Origin: a virus
Lineage: Duplodnaviria; Caudoviricetes
Strand: one strand, 5' to 3'
Virus record (IMG/VR): IMGVR_UViG_3300005611_000134
Coordinates: 1 to 30,915 of that record
Length of the DNA: 30,915 nt
The notes beneath the pieces are model-generated. The model worked only from the letters and a program-made list of their open reading frames with translations, was not told where the DNA came from and made no database searches. Numbering within the stretch: the stretch's first letter is position 1; each line of letters begins with the position of its first letter. Of the stretch, positions 1 to 7,564 are shown piece after piece. The translations under genes and the position numbers were made by a program.

Positions 1-174
1 GCCATTATCGTGGTTCGCTCTTTATCCTCACGTCTTGAGAAGACAGAAGATATGCTGGCCCGCACTCGTGAAGAGTACGCGACCAAGTATGAGATGACCA
101 ACAACATGAACAATATGATGACGGCGATGAGACGCCTAGAAGACAAGATCGACGAACTAATAAAGAAGGGCTGA
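1..174 (+). CDS. 5'-truncated small coiled-coil phage protein (...RLEKTEDMLARTREEYATKYEM...MRRLEDKIDELIKKG)
   Basis: Frame 1 open from base 1 to TGA 172-174, next ATG at 176; TREEYATK...RLEDKID pattern recurs in small phage proteins near lysis genes; not in ORF track. Confidence 0.7.
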   Translation, partial: AIIVVRSLSSRLEKTEDMLARTREEYATKYEMTNNMNNMMTAMRRLEDKIDELIKKG

Positions 175-175
175 G

Positions 176-889
176 ATGTACTTTCGTGGTCAGGTTCATA
201 GCCCGCATGCGCTGCTTGAGATAGCTGACCGCAGATATGAAGGCATCACGCCTGTAAATATCTTTGGCTTCAACAGGACAATCGGCAGCACATACGAAAC
301 TATCTGGAACAACGGTGGCCTGTACAGCTACCCTTCGTCTGCAGCACAGCTAAGTGTGGTGTCGAGCAACGCTGCCGATACTATGTCTGTGCTGATCAAC
401 GGCTTGGATGCTGACTATAACATTATCTATGACGTGGTGACGCTTAATGGTGTAACACCTGTTACAACAACAAACAGTTTCCTGCGTGTGAACAGCGCTG
501 TCATCTTGTCGGGTAGTAACGTTGGCAACATTAGCATAACCAATGGCGCTGACCTTGTTGGCTATATTGAGGCTGCCATAGGAACAACACAAGCCTGTGT
601 ATATACAGTCCCTGCTGGACACACACTATTTCTGTTTAGAATCAGTCTAACTTCTGGCACTGTGAACAGTAACAAATATATCACATACAGAAACAGGATC
701 GACTCAAGCAATGGTAGGGTTCTGCGCGTGGCTGAAGCTACGTTCCAGATCAACCAGCAAAACTTTGACAGGCAAGTTCCATTCAGAATCGAAGAGAAGA
801 CAGACTTTCAGTTTGAGGCTAAATCATCCAGCGGTGAGAACGAAGTGAGTATCTTTGTTGAAGCGCTGCAAATGTATAACGAGGCATAG
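176..889 (+). CDS. Conserved phage hypothetical protein, beta-rich, possibly virion-associated (237 aa)
   Basis: NIFGFNRTIGSTYETIW and YTVPAGHTLFL motifs typical of a marine phage family; tight coupling to neighbours. Confidence 0.75.
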   Translation: MYFRGQVHSPHALLEIADRRYEGITPVNIFGFNRTIGSTYETIWNNGGLYSYPSSAAQLSVVSSNAADTMSVLINGLDADYNIIYDVVTLNGVTPVTTTNSFLRVNSAVILSGSNVGNISITNGADLVGYIEAAIGTTQACVYTVPAGHTLFLFRISLTSGTVNSNKYITYRNRIDSSNGRVLRVAEATFQINQQNFDRQVPFRIEEKTDFQFEAKSSSGENEVSIFVEALQMYNEA

Positions 890-1327
890 ATGTTACCCCT
901 GATTACAGCACTGCTACCTATTGTTGGCGATGTGATTGATCGTGTGATCCCAGACAAAGAGGCTGCTGCCAAAGCAAAGCTAGAGATGCAAGCTTCTATG
1001 ATGGCAAACGAGCATGCCATTACACTTGCCCAGCTAGAGATAAACAAAGAGGAAGCCAAGAATGACAACATATTTGTTTCTGGCTGGCGCCCCGCTGTGG
1101 GGTGGCTTGGCGTGCTGGCATTACTATGGGTTTACATTATCCACCCACTACTGGCTTGGGCTTCAATCAATCTTGGATGGCAAGCACCACCAGAAGTAGA
1201 CACCACAGTAATTCTACAGATCCTGACTGGCCTTCTTGGTTTCGGTGCGCTCCGCACATTTGAGAAGACCAAGGGTGTGGCACGCGAATCACTCAAAAAA
1301 AAATTAACAATGGAGCCAATCGAATGA
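890..1327 (+). CDS. Holin, GTA-type 3TM family
   Basis: N-terminal hydrophobic helix, IDRVIPDKE, FVSGWRPAVGW signature, two further TM segments, LLGFGALRTFEK end; GAGG RBS; precedes amidase. Confidence 0.88.
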   Translation: MLPLITALLPIVGDVIDRVIPDKEAAAKAKLEMQASMMANEHAITLAQLEINKEEAKNDNIFVSGWRPAVGWLGVLALLWVYIIHPLLAWASINLGWQAPPEVDTTVILQILTGLLGFGALRTFEKTKGVARESLKKKLTMEPIE

Positions 1328-1734
1328 CACTCAAGAAAGCAATCATCCACTGCAGCGCAACGCCTGAAGGCAGGGACGTGGACATCGAAGACATCCGCCA
1401 ATGGCACCTTGCTCGTGGCTGGCGAGATGTGGGCTATCACTTTGTGATCAAGCTTGATGGCACCATCCAAGAGGGACGTGCTTTGTTCACACAAGGCGCG
1501 CATGCTCGTGGCTATAATGGCCCAAGCAATGTGGGCATCTGCTATGTTGGTGGGCTGGACAAGGATAAGAACCCGAAGGACACACGCACCGAAGCACAGA
1601 AAGAAGCGATGCTTGACCTGCTTTCTGACTTGAAGCGTGAGAACCCTGAGATGTATATTATGGGACATCGCGATACTGGCGCGCCAAAGGCATGCCCCTG
1701 CTTCGAGGCCAAGGAATTAAATGAAGAAGTCTAG
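1324..1734 (+). CDS. Endolysin, N-acetylmuramoyl-L-alanine amidase (T7 lysozyme-like, Amidase_2)
   Basis: IIHCSAT, GWRDVGYHF, GAHARGYN, GICYVGG, GHRD, KACPCF zinc-amidase motifs; ATGA overlap with holin. Confidence 0.95.
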   Translation: MTLKKAIIHCSATPEGRDVDIEDIRQWHLARGWRDVGYHFVIKLDGTIQEGRALFTQGAHARGYNGPSNVGICYVGGLDKDKNPKDTRTEAQKEAMLDLLSDLKRENPEMYIMGHRDTGAPKACPCFEAKELNEEV

Positions 1735-1900
1735 TGTAAATAAGTCTGGTAATTACACGAAGCCTGGTATGCGCAAGCGTATGTTCGAGAGTATTCTTGG
1801 TCGCTCTGTTCAGGGTACTGCTGCAGGCAAGTGGAGTGCGCGCAAGGCACAGCTGCTGGCCAAGCAATACAAGGCCAAAGGTGGTGGGTATAAGTCGTGA
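1721..1900 (+). CDS. Small basic protein, 59 aa, N-terminal half of DUF5872-like family (MKKSSVNKSGNYTKPGMRKR...GKWSARKAQLLAKQYKAKGGGYKS)
   Basis: AAGGA RBS at 1711, ATG 1721, TGA 1898-1900 overlapping the GTG of the next gene; YTKP...WSARKAQ...GGGY motif; below ORF-track cutoff. Confidence 0.85.
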   Translation: MKKSSVNKSGNYTKPGMRKRMFESILGRSVQGTAAGKWSARKAQLLAKQYKAKGGGYKS

Positions 1901-2136
1901 AGAGGCCACAGAAATCACTGGTTGCTTGGGGCAAGCAGAAGTGGCGCACCAAGTCTGGCAAGAAAAGCAGCGAGACTGGTGAGCGTTACCTGCCTGAGAA
2001 GGCTATCAAGTCTTTATCATCGGCAGAGTATGCAGCAACGACAAGAGAGAAACGTAAGGCCAAGGCAAAGGGTGAGCAATTCTCGAAGCAGCCCAAATCA
2101 ATTATGGAAAAGACACGCAGGTTCAGGAAGATATAG
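1897..2136 (+). CDS. Small basic protein, C-terminal half of DUF5872-like family (79 aa)
   Basis: QKSL..W.KQKWRTKSGK.S..TGERYLPEKAIKSLS..EYAATT..KR motif; GTGA overlap. Confidence 0.85.
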   Translation: MKRPQKSLVAWGKQKWRTKSGKKSSETGERYLPEKAIKSLSSAEYAATTREKRKAKAKGEQFSKQPKSIMEKTRRFRKI

Positions 2137-2140
2137 AAAA

Positions 2141-2446
2141 ATGAAAATGGTAGAGACGCTTGAGAGCGCCTTGCCGTGGTGGGATGATCTGTCCCCAGAG
2201 CGCAAGGGTGTGATGTTTGAATTGGCGCAGCGCATTGGTGTTGACCAGGTGCTTGGCATGCGTGAGTTTCTTGAGGCCGCAAGGGTTGGTGCTTGGGATA
2301 TTGCAGAGATGCACTTGCGTGATCGTTTGTGGTATTATCGAACAGATGTGTTTGATGAAAGTTTATGTTTGTTGATGAGGGAAAGAGGATGCCCAAGACC
2401 CCAGCCTGGCAGCGCAAAGAAGGAAAGAACCCCAAGGGTGGCCTGA
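2141..2446 (+). CDS. Degenerate C-lobe-only T4-type (GH24) lysozyme homologue, 101 aa, no catalytic N-lobe; possibly a pseudogene
   Basis: PWWDDLSPERKGVMFELAQRIGVDQVLGMREFLEAARVGAWDIAEMHLRDRLW...LMRERG follows the helix pattern of the C-terminal half of short phage GH24 lysozymes; ATG 2141 (ORF-track start at 1922 is an upstream extension). Confidence 0.55.
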   Translation: MKMVETLESALPWWDDLSPERKGVMFELAQRIGVDQVLGMREFLEAARVGAWDIAEMHLRDRLWYYRTDVFDESLCLLMRERGCPRPQPGSAKKERTPRVA

Positions 2447-2685
2447 ACGCCAAGGGTCGTGCGTCTTACAAAGGCGGCACGCTGAAGTCGCCAGTCAAGT
2501 CTGGTGACAATCCAAGGCGTGCATCTTTCTTGGCAAGGATGGGTAATATGAAAGGCCCAGAGAAAAAGGATGGTAAGCCAACCCGTTTGTTGCTTTCGCT
2601 ACGGGCTTGGGGTGCATCAAGTAAAGATGATGCGCGGCGAAAAGCGAAGGCAATCACCGCAAGAAATAAGGCGAAAAAGAAATGA
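2389..2685 (+). CDS. Basic phage protein, DUF6321-like (98 aa)
   Basis: AWQRKEGKNPKGGLNAKGRASY...RRASFLARMG...RLLLSLRAWG motif; ATG 2389 after a purine-rich stretch. Confidence 0.82.
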   Translation: MPKTPAWQRKEGKNPKGGLNAKGRASYKGGTLKSPVKSGDNPRRASFLARMGNMKGPEKKDGKPTRLLLSLRAWGASSKDDARRKAKAITARNKAKKK

Positions 2686-2801
2686 TGATGAAAAAAGGTT
2701 ACGGCGCAAAGCCAAAGGCTGGCGCAACCAAGTCAGCTGCCAAGCCAAAGTCTGGCAAAGCTATGGCAATGAAGCGGAAGAATACTGCAAAGAAGAAGTA
2801 A
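2682..2801 (+). CDS. 39-aa Lys/Ala-rich histone-H1-like peptide (MMMKKGYGAKPKAGATKSAAKPKSGKAMAMKRKNTAKKK)
   Basis: ATGA overlap with the upstream stop, TAA 2799-2801; 14 K/R and no D/E; fills the gap to the convergent operon. Confidence 0.7.
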   Translation: MMMKKGYGAKPKAGATKSAAKPKSGKAMAMKRKNTAKKK

Positions 2802-2803
2802 GC

Positions 2804-2992
2804 TTAAGCTTCTGTTTGCTTAATGCATTTGTAAGCGAGTGTGATCGGCTGGGTGGCTTCTTGCCTTAACTCAGTCGATACCTCGTATGCTCGTTCAGTA
2901 CATATCTCTTTCGTCTTGTATGGCCCCATCAAATCTATGACTTCCATACATTGACCAGACATCAAGCAGATAAGAATCTGCAATTCGTACAC
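2804..2992 (-). CDS. Small Cys-containing phage protein, 62 aa, hydrophobic N-terminus
   Basis: GTG start with GAGGAGG RBS; 4 Cys; GPYKTKEICxxR pattern seen in small proteobacterial phage proteins. Confidence 0.75.
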   Translation of the reverse strand: MYELQILICLMSGQCMEVIDLMGPYKTKEICTERAYEVSTELRQEATQPITLAYKCIKQTEA

Positions 2993-3015
2993 AATAGCAC
3001 CTCCTCATAAATAAA

Positions 3016-3044
3016 AGTGTGGTGCAATTATTGCTGTATGTCAA
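3016..3044 (-). promoter_or_regulatory. Candidate sigma70 promoter TTGACA-N17-CACACT for the 62-aa gene, with GCAAT-T-ATTGC inverted repeat in the spacer
   Basis: Perfect -35 (+ strand TGTCAA 3039-3044), 17-nt spacer, -10 at 3016-3021; inverted repeat 3024-3034. Confidence 0.5.
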
Positions 3045-3349
3045 ACCAAACTAATCCAGTCTGTTGTGCTGGGCATCACCTCGACATTATCGCCGTGATG
3101 TTCCTTTATTGACTTGTACACCCCAGCAATATTCATTCTCATGCCATAGGAATCCTTATGGCACTGATAGATAGACCCACTATGGCCGTGGAATAGGTAG
3201 TAATCGCCGTCTTCTTCTACCTTGGTGATGCCAGAGTTCAGGCGCCAGTGAGAGCCGTACAGGTATGCACCATTCCAGCCAGCCAACACACGGTAGTGTT
3301 CCTCACCGCCTGTAAATTTGAGCACCACCCAGTTGTTAGGCGTATTCAC
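3041..3349 (-). CDS. Conserved phage hypothetical protein (102 aa)
   Basis: TPNNWVVLK...YRVLAGWNGAYLYGSHWRLNSGITKVEEDGDYYLFHGHSGSIYQCHK matches a widespread phage family of unknown function. Confidence 0.85.
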   Translation of the reverse strand: MNTPNNWVVLKFTGGEEHYRVLAGWNGAYLYGSHWRLNSGITKVEEDGDYYLFHGHSGSIYQCHKDSYGMRMNIAGVYKSIKEHHGDNVEVMPSTTDWISLV

Positions 3350-3669
3350 TGCTTCAACTCCTCCAAGGTTTTAACAGCCTTGGCCAGTCGTGGGACTAAG
3401 ACTGTTCCCTGCTCTGTGTGCGGGTAAAGATCATCCACAAATTCCTTAACACCTTCGAGGGCCTCAATCGCTTTGGTAAGTTTTTCTGTATTATCAACAT
3501 CAGCCCACATATTCTCTATCTCCGCCTTGTCGATGCAAAACCCACAGCCTCTGGCGAAGTCCACCCATAGCATGAACAGCTCTTCCAGAGTGATCCACTC
3601 ATTGTCGGTGGACAACTCTACCTTGCGCTCTTCGTCTTCAAGTTTGAACGTGATCCTATGTTCAGTCAT
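3346..3669 (-). CDS. Hypothetical phage protein (about 107 aa)
   Basis: GGAG RBS upstream of ATG 3669; 4-nt overlap with next gene; TLEELF..WVDFARGCGF and KLTKAIEAL...TLEELK segments. Confidence 0.75.
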   Translation of the reverse strand: MTEHRITFKLEDEERKVELSTDNEWITLEELFMLWVDFARGCGFCIDKAEIENMWADVDNTEKLTKAIEALEGVKEFVDDLYPHTEQGTVLVPRLAKAVKTLEELKQ

Positions 3670-3723
3670 CTGCATCTCCAATAAGCATTATTTACACAAT
3701 GCATTTGCATTACCTTTGTCTGT

Positions 3724-3757
3724 AAAAAAAAGGGGGAGGCTGGAGCGAACCTCCCCC
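3724..3757 (-). terminator. Rho-independent terminator of the recombination operon
   Basis: Minus strand GGGGGAGG-TTCGCTCCAG-CCTCCCCC-TTTTTTTT: 8-bp GC-rich stem plus U8. Confidence 0.9.
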
Positions 3758-3790
3758 AAGTTACGAATAAGGAAAACAGGGAGGGAAACC

Positions 3791-3976
3791 TTATTCGTTG
3801 TGCCGAGTCTCGCGCATGCTTACGAAAAGGCGCAGAGTGAGATACTCCATCTCGTCGGCACTCATAGTCTTCTCATATAAAACACCATCTGCATAGAAGC
3901 AAATCGCACCCTTGATGGGCCAGCACAAAAATTCAGCAGATTGTTTTCTGTCTGGCAAATCAGAACGGGACGTCAT
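3791..3976 (-). CDS. Hypothetical protein, 61 aa (MTSRSDLPDRK...)
   Basis: ATG 3976 overlaps the end of the SSB-like gene; ends just before the terminator. Confidence 0.6.
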   Translation of the reverse strand: MTSRSDLPDRKQSAEFLCWPIKGAICFYADGVLYEKTMSADEMEYLTLRLFVSMRETRHNE

Positions 3977-4289
3977 CGTCGAGCTTTGGCGATGGTGCTT
4001 CACGTCCTGTGTTTGGGAAGAGGCGCAGCCTTGCAACTGTTGGCCACTGGCTGGCATCCTCACTTGTTATGCTCTTCACATTGATCTGCACTTGGATGTT
4101 GTGATCGGCAAGCAACTGCGCAGCCTTGTCGATTGCTTCCTGCTCAAAGGCTGAAGGCGGGTTGGGAAACCGCTGACCTTCTGGCCATTCAGTAGGAACA
4201 ACCAACCAAGCAGACATCTGGATGGGTGCGTGATTCTCAATAGGTTCTTTCAAAACAAACTTGGAATTAGATAGATGTGGTTGTGACAT
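3960..4289 (-). CDS. Putative non-canonical single-stranded DNA-binding protein (109 aa)
   Basis: Ends in DDDVPF, the bacterial SSB acidic tip; directly downstream of erf; GGA-containing RBS. Confidence 0.6.
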   Translation of the reverse strand: MSQPHLSNSKFVLKEPIENHAPIQMSAWLVVPTEWPEGQRFPNPPSAFEQEAIDKAAQLLADHNIQVQINVKSITSEDASQWPTVARLRLFPNTGREAPSPKLDDDVPF

Positions 4290-4952
4290 TTAAACTTCCT
4301 TTAACTGTGTCATTTTCTTGTTGAAGGTTTCACCAACCTTCTTGGAGATTGCAGGGAAAGATTCTTTCAGCTTTGCAATCTTTGCCTTGCTGTCCTCGAA
4401 CCACTGTTCAAGTTCAGCAACGCTTGTGGTGCCACTGATCTGCGATTGCAGCGTGGTGGCAAACTCTTCTGCCTTCTCCCAGCGTGTGTCTTTAAGTTCA
4501 GGCTCTGATACTTCAGACATACTTACGCGAGGTGGTGGCGTTGGCTTTCGATCGGTCGGCGTATGAACAACAGATTGGTCGAGGTCTGGGTCATCACCCG
4601 TTTCCAAAGCAAACGTCTTGAGCAAGGCGTACTTAATTGCGTACGAGATTGCCTTGCCTGGGCCTTTGTCTTGTGTGTCGATGCCGTAGCCCACAGCTAC
4701 AGTTTCGATATAATCCTCTGGCTTGTCTGCATTTACAAAGCGCACATTCAAAAGACATTCGGTGCGGTTGCCTTCCTGCTTTAGCTCTATGTTTATTGGG
4801 TAATAGACAATACCAGCTTCGATGATTGCAGGGCGCAGCTTGGCTGTCACTGCATCGTGACTAACCACGCTGTATTGCATGCCGCGCTTCTGTTCTTTCT
4901 GGATGTAGCTTACAGACTTCATCACCTGTAAGATTCTTTGATGTATGTTCAT
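4290..4952 (-). CDS. erf: ERF-family single-strand annealing protein
   Basis: GYGIDTQDKGPGKAISYAIKYALLKTFALETGDDPD ERF signature. Confidence 0.92.
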   Translation of the reverse strand: MNIHQRILQVMKSVSYIQKEQKRGMQYSVVSHDAVTAKLRPAIIEAGIVYYPINIELKQEGNRTECLLNVRFVNADKPEDYIETVAVGYGIDTQDKGPGKAISYAIKYALLKTFALETGDDPDLDQSVVHTPTDRKPTPPPRVSMSEVSEPELKDTRWEKAEEFATTLQSQISGTTSVAELEQWFEDSKAKIAKLKESFPAISKKVGETFNKKMTQLKEV

Positions 4953-5173
4953 TCTTCTACCCCTAACTTCCTTTCTCTTTTGATGTGTTCTACTAGTAAG
5001 TCACTCACATGCTCTGCGTAGTGACAGGTGTTGATGTGTCTTGTTCTTAAGTTGATTAGAAATTTCTCAGCATCTGATTCGGAACTAAACATCCCAAACA
5101 TCATATGATTAAAGACAACAATCCAATCACCCTCATAGTCTTGAAAGACTGCACTCTGTTTAAGATTTGCCAT
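4949..5173 (-). CDS. Hypothetical protein (74 aa)
   Basis: Overlap-coupled within the leftward operon. Confidence 0.65.
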   Translation of the reverse strand: MANLKQSAVFQDYEGDWIVVFNHMMFGMFSSESDAEKFLINLRTRHINTCHYAEHVSDLLVEHIKRERKLGVEE

Positions 5174-5528
5174 ATTTTTCCCTAAATAGCTTCGACCTTT
5201 CTGAGTCTTTGCTCCTTTGCATAGCTCTTATGATTCCGCCCTTTACATAAATTGATATTTGGCCCGTGCTCCTGTTTAGGGCGCGAGCCATTTCAACGTA
5301 GGTGCATCGATGCTTCTTAAAATACTTGACTCGCTCTGCCTGTGTTGGCGTGCAAAACTTATCTATGGTTTCGTCATCCAAACTGTCGGCTGCTTTCAGC
5401 CAATCAATAGCACCATTCTCCTTTCTAAACTTTCTTAGAAGGGCTTGTTTTTCTGGTGACACTTGTTCCCTGCCCCAAAACTCGTAACCTTCGCCCCAAA
5501 GCCTATCTTTTAATTCTACATTCGCCAT
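5160..5528 (-). CDS. Hypothetical protein with probable helix-turn-helix (122 aa)
   Basis: GGAGG RBS; TYVEMARALNRSTGQISIYV HTH-like segment. Confidence 0.65.
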   Translation of the reverse strand: MANVELKDRLWGEGYEFWGREQVSPEKQALLRKFRKENGAIDWLKAADSLDDETIDKFCTPTQAERVKYFKKHRCTYVEMARALNRSTGQISIYVKGGIIRAMQRSKDSERSKLFREKYGKS

Positions 5529-6445
5529 ATCTTTCTAGCCTCCTCTACTATTTGTGGTGGTTCTTTCCAACTCAGGCTGTCAAAGTTTGGCGAGACAAGC
5601 CCAAGCAAATCTTCTGTGTTTTGCGCCAAGCGCAGGTGGTTTTCTGTGGTGCGATGAAAGATCTTGATCTGGTTCACACACTCAATCAGAAAGTCGTCGC
5701 GCAATTCAGGGCTATTCTCTGGTGTGAACAGGCGGTAATCATCCTTGTTCACATACAGCAACCAAGGTGGCAGCCCACCATTGCATGCCCAGAAACCTGC
5801 AACCTGAAAGACGTTGTTCATTTCAAACTGGCCAGACAGGGAAGTGGGTAGCCGTCCAGTTCTAAACTTATCTTTGGACAGGCTTGACCATTTTGTCTTG
5901 AGGTCGCCGCGTCTTGCGTAGTCTGGCTTGGTGTTGTGCGGTAATGATAGGCCGTCAAAGATGTGAAGCAAATCAATCTCGCCTATCAATTCTTTTTCCA
6001 TAGACATAGCCTCACGCAATCCTTCACAGGCATTACGCACCACATCAACAACTTCTGTTTTGTATTGCTCTGTCTTGGCAGCATCAACACCACCATCCCA
6101 GTCACGCGGGGTGTGCTCGCTGAATCGTTCAAGTGTCTTGTCAAAGATTAGGACTGGGTCTTTCTTGTCCAGCAAGATGGCGTCTGTTGCCCATTGGACT
6201 GTGCGCCCTGCTTTCATAGGCGCGTTGTCGCCACCATTATATCGCTGATCAAATGCAGCAATGATTGACCACGCTTCAGCGCGCTCTTCAATCCCCTTGC
6301 TTTCATCTTCGTAGGTTGCCCAAGCGCGCTTGACCTTTGGTCTGATAATGGCCTTGTCAAAGTAAGCCTTGGCTCTGTCTTTGCTTCTGGGATTAGAGTG
6401 CCAGAAGTAATTGTGGCGTGCTGCCCAATTGGGTGTGTCTAACAT
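5516..6445 (-). CDS. PD-(D/E)XK-superfamily (exo)nuclease, probable partner of ERF (309 aa)
   Basis: GGAGG RBS; GEI...KPDY...DLKTKW and QVAGFW motifs in the order seen in phage RecB/Cas4-like exonucleases; heads the ERF operon. Confidence 0.7.
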   Translation of the reverse strand: MLDTPNWAARHNYFWHSNPRSKDRAKAYFDKAIIRPKVKRAWATYEDESKGIEERAEAWSIIAAFDQRYNGGDNAPMKAGRTVQWATDAILLDKKDPVLIFDKTLERFSEHTPRDWDGGVDAAKTEQYKTEVVDVVRNACEGLREAMSMEKELIGEIDLLHIFDGLSLPHNTKPDYARRGDLKTKWSSLSKDKFRTGRLPTSLSGQFEMNNVFQVAGFWACNGGLPPWLLYVNKDDYRLFTPENSPELRDDFLIECVNQIKIFHRTTENHLRLAQNTEDLLGLVSPNFDSLSWKEPPQIVEEARKIWRM

Positions 6446-6469
6446 AGCGTCCTCCGCATCAATAAAATT

Positions 6470-6516
6470 ACCTTAGACGGTTGTGGCTTAACGAGTCAAG
6501 TGGTAGGATAAGTCAA
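6470..6516. promoter_or_regulatory. Overlapping divergent promoters: leftward TTGACT-N18-TAAGGT (6499-6470), rightward TTGTGG-N17-TAGGAT with extended TG (6481-6509); AGTCAA direct repeat at 6494 and 6511
   Basis: Hexamers read directly in the 93-bp gap between the nuclease and Cro-like genes. Confidence 0.5.
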
Positions 6517-6538
6517 ATCAACAAAAAAGGAACAAAAA

Positions 6539-6730
6539 ATGATGAGACTAAATGACTGGAGAGAATCGCAGGGCCTATCTTTTGGAAGCCTGGCCAAGCT
6601 TGTGGGTGCAAGCCACGCTTCAGTGGTGCGCCGTTGGTGCATTGGTGAGATGGTTCCAAGCCCACGCTTTATGAAAAGGATTGTCGAGGTAACGGCAGGC
6701 GAAGTTAATCCAAATGATTTTTATCTATGA
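6539..6730 (+). CDS. Cro-like helix-turn-helix regulator (63 aa)
   Basis: LNDWRESQGLSFGSLAKLVG...VVRRWCIGEMVPSPRFMKRIVEVTAGEVNPNDFY is a typical phage Cro/XRE pattern; AAGGA RBS. Confidence 0.88.
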   Translation: MMRLNDWRESQGLSFGSLAKLVGASHASVVRRWCIGEMVPSPRFMKRIVEVTAGEVNPNDFYL

Positions 6731-7101
6731 AGGAAGAGGAACTTCATTTGCTGGTTGCTGAATATCTTAGAGAGTCACTACCAGAAGGATCGGTCTGGCA
6801 TCACAGCCCGAACGAAGGTCGCAGGCATGTGAATTACAAGGTCAAGCTTTCAAGAATGGGAGCGCGTGCAGGCTGGCCAGACATAGAGATTTTTGCACCT
6901 CGATTCTTTTTCAAGGTGGAAAATTGGGCGCCGATATTCATTGAATTGAAGAGGCCCAAAGGTGGCAGTGTGTCGCCGAAGCAGCGCCAAGTTCGTGATG
7001 AGTTACGCGAGCTTGGTTGTTATTGGGAAGTATGCAGGTCATTGGAACAGGTTGAACAGTTTCTTGATGGCCTGATTCATCTTGGAAAGGGAAGAATATG
7101 A
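6727..7101 (+). CDS. VRR-NUC domain nuclease (Holliday-junction resolvase-like)
   Basis: EEELH, HSPNEG, GWPDI, FIELKRPKGGSVSPKQ motifs. Confidence 0.9.
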   Translation: MKEEELHLLVAEYLRESLPEGSVWHHSPNEGRRHVNYKVKLSRMGARAGWPDIEIFAPRFFFKVENWAPIFIELKRPKGGSVSPKQRQVRDELRELGCYWEVCRSLEQVEQFLDGLIHLGKGRI

Positions 7102-7367
7102 GCAGTTTTGTTTGGAAGAAGGCTCTTGATAGGGCCTATGAAACTTACGAGCGTTACATCAGTAATGATCTGGACATCGAGCAGGTGGCAAGGCTCCACG
7201 GTATGGTGGCTATGTCGGAGCTGGTTGACCCAGTTGACATCACAGAGCGCAAGGTCTTGGATTACTTGGCAGCACTACAGCTTACAAGCTTAGGCTTGAG
7301 TGATGAAGAGGTGAGCCAAGCACAGCAGGAATACAACGAAATACACCAAGATGGTGCTTTTCTATGA
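7098..7367 (+). CDS. Hypothetical acidic protein (89 aa)
   Basis: ATGA overlaps at both ends. Confidence 0.7.
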   Translation: MSSFVWKKALDRAYETYERYISNDLDIEQVARLHGMVAMSELVDPVDITERKVLDYLAALQLTSLGLSDEEVSQAQQEYNEIHQDGAFL

Positions 7368-7564
7368 ATTACACAGTCACCATTGATGGCGTCCTGCACT
7401 TCGAATCGGAGTGTGGCCGATGCCAAGGCAAGGGTGCCTATGAGGTGATGATACCTGGCACGCAAGGCTATGATCGGTACGCCGAACCCAGATGGGAATG
7501 GCACAAATGTTATGATTGTAATGGAAGCGGAGTTGTGTATGCCGAGATACGAGAAGACGACTGA
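7364..7564 (+). CDS. Small DnaJ-type zinc-finger protein (66 aa)
   Basis: CGRCQGKG and CYDCNGSG repeats (CxxCxGxG). Confidence 0.8.
   Translation: MNYTVTIDGVLHFESECGRCQGKGAYEVMIPGTQGYDRYAEPRWEWHKCYDCNGSGVVYAEIREDD

Noticed and set aside
1295-1303. A9 run near the holin 3' end as a slippage or phase-variation site
   Set aside because: Lies after the conserved holin domain; the current frame gives a clean ATGA overlap with the amidase
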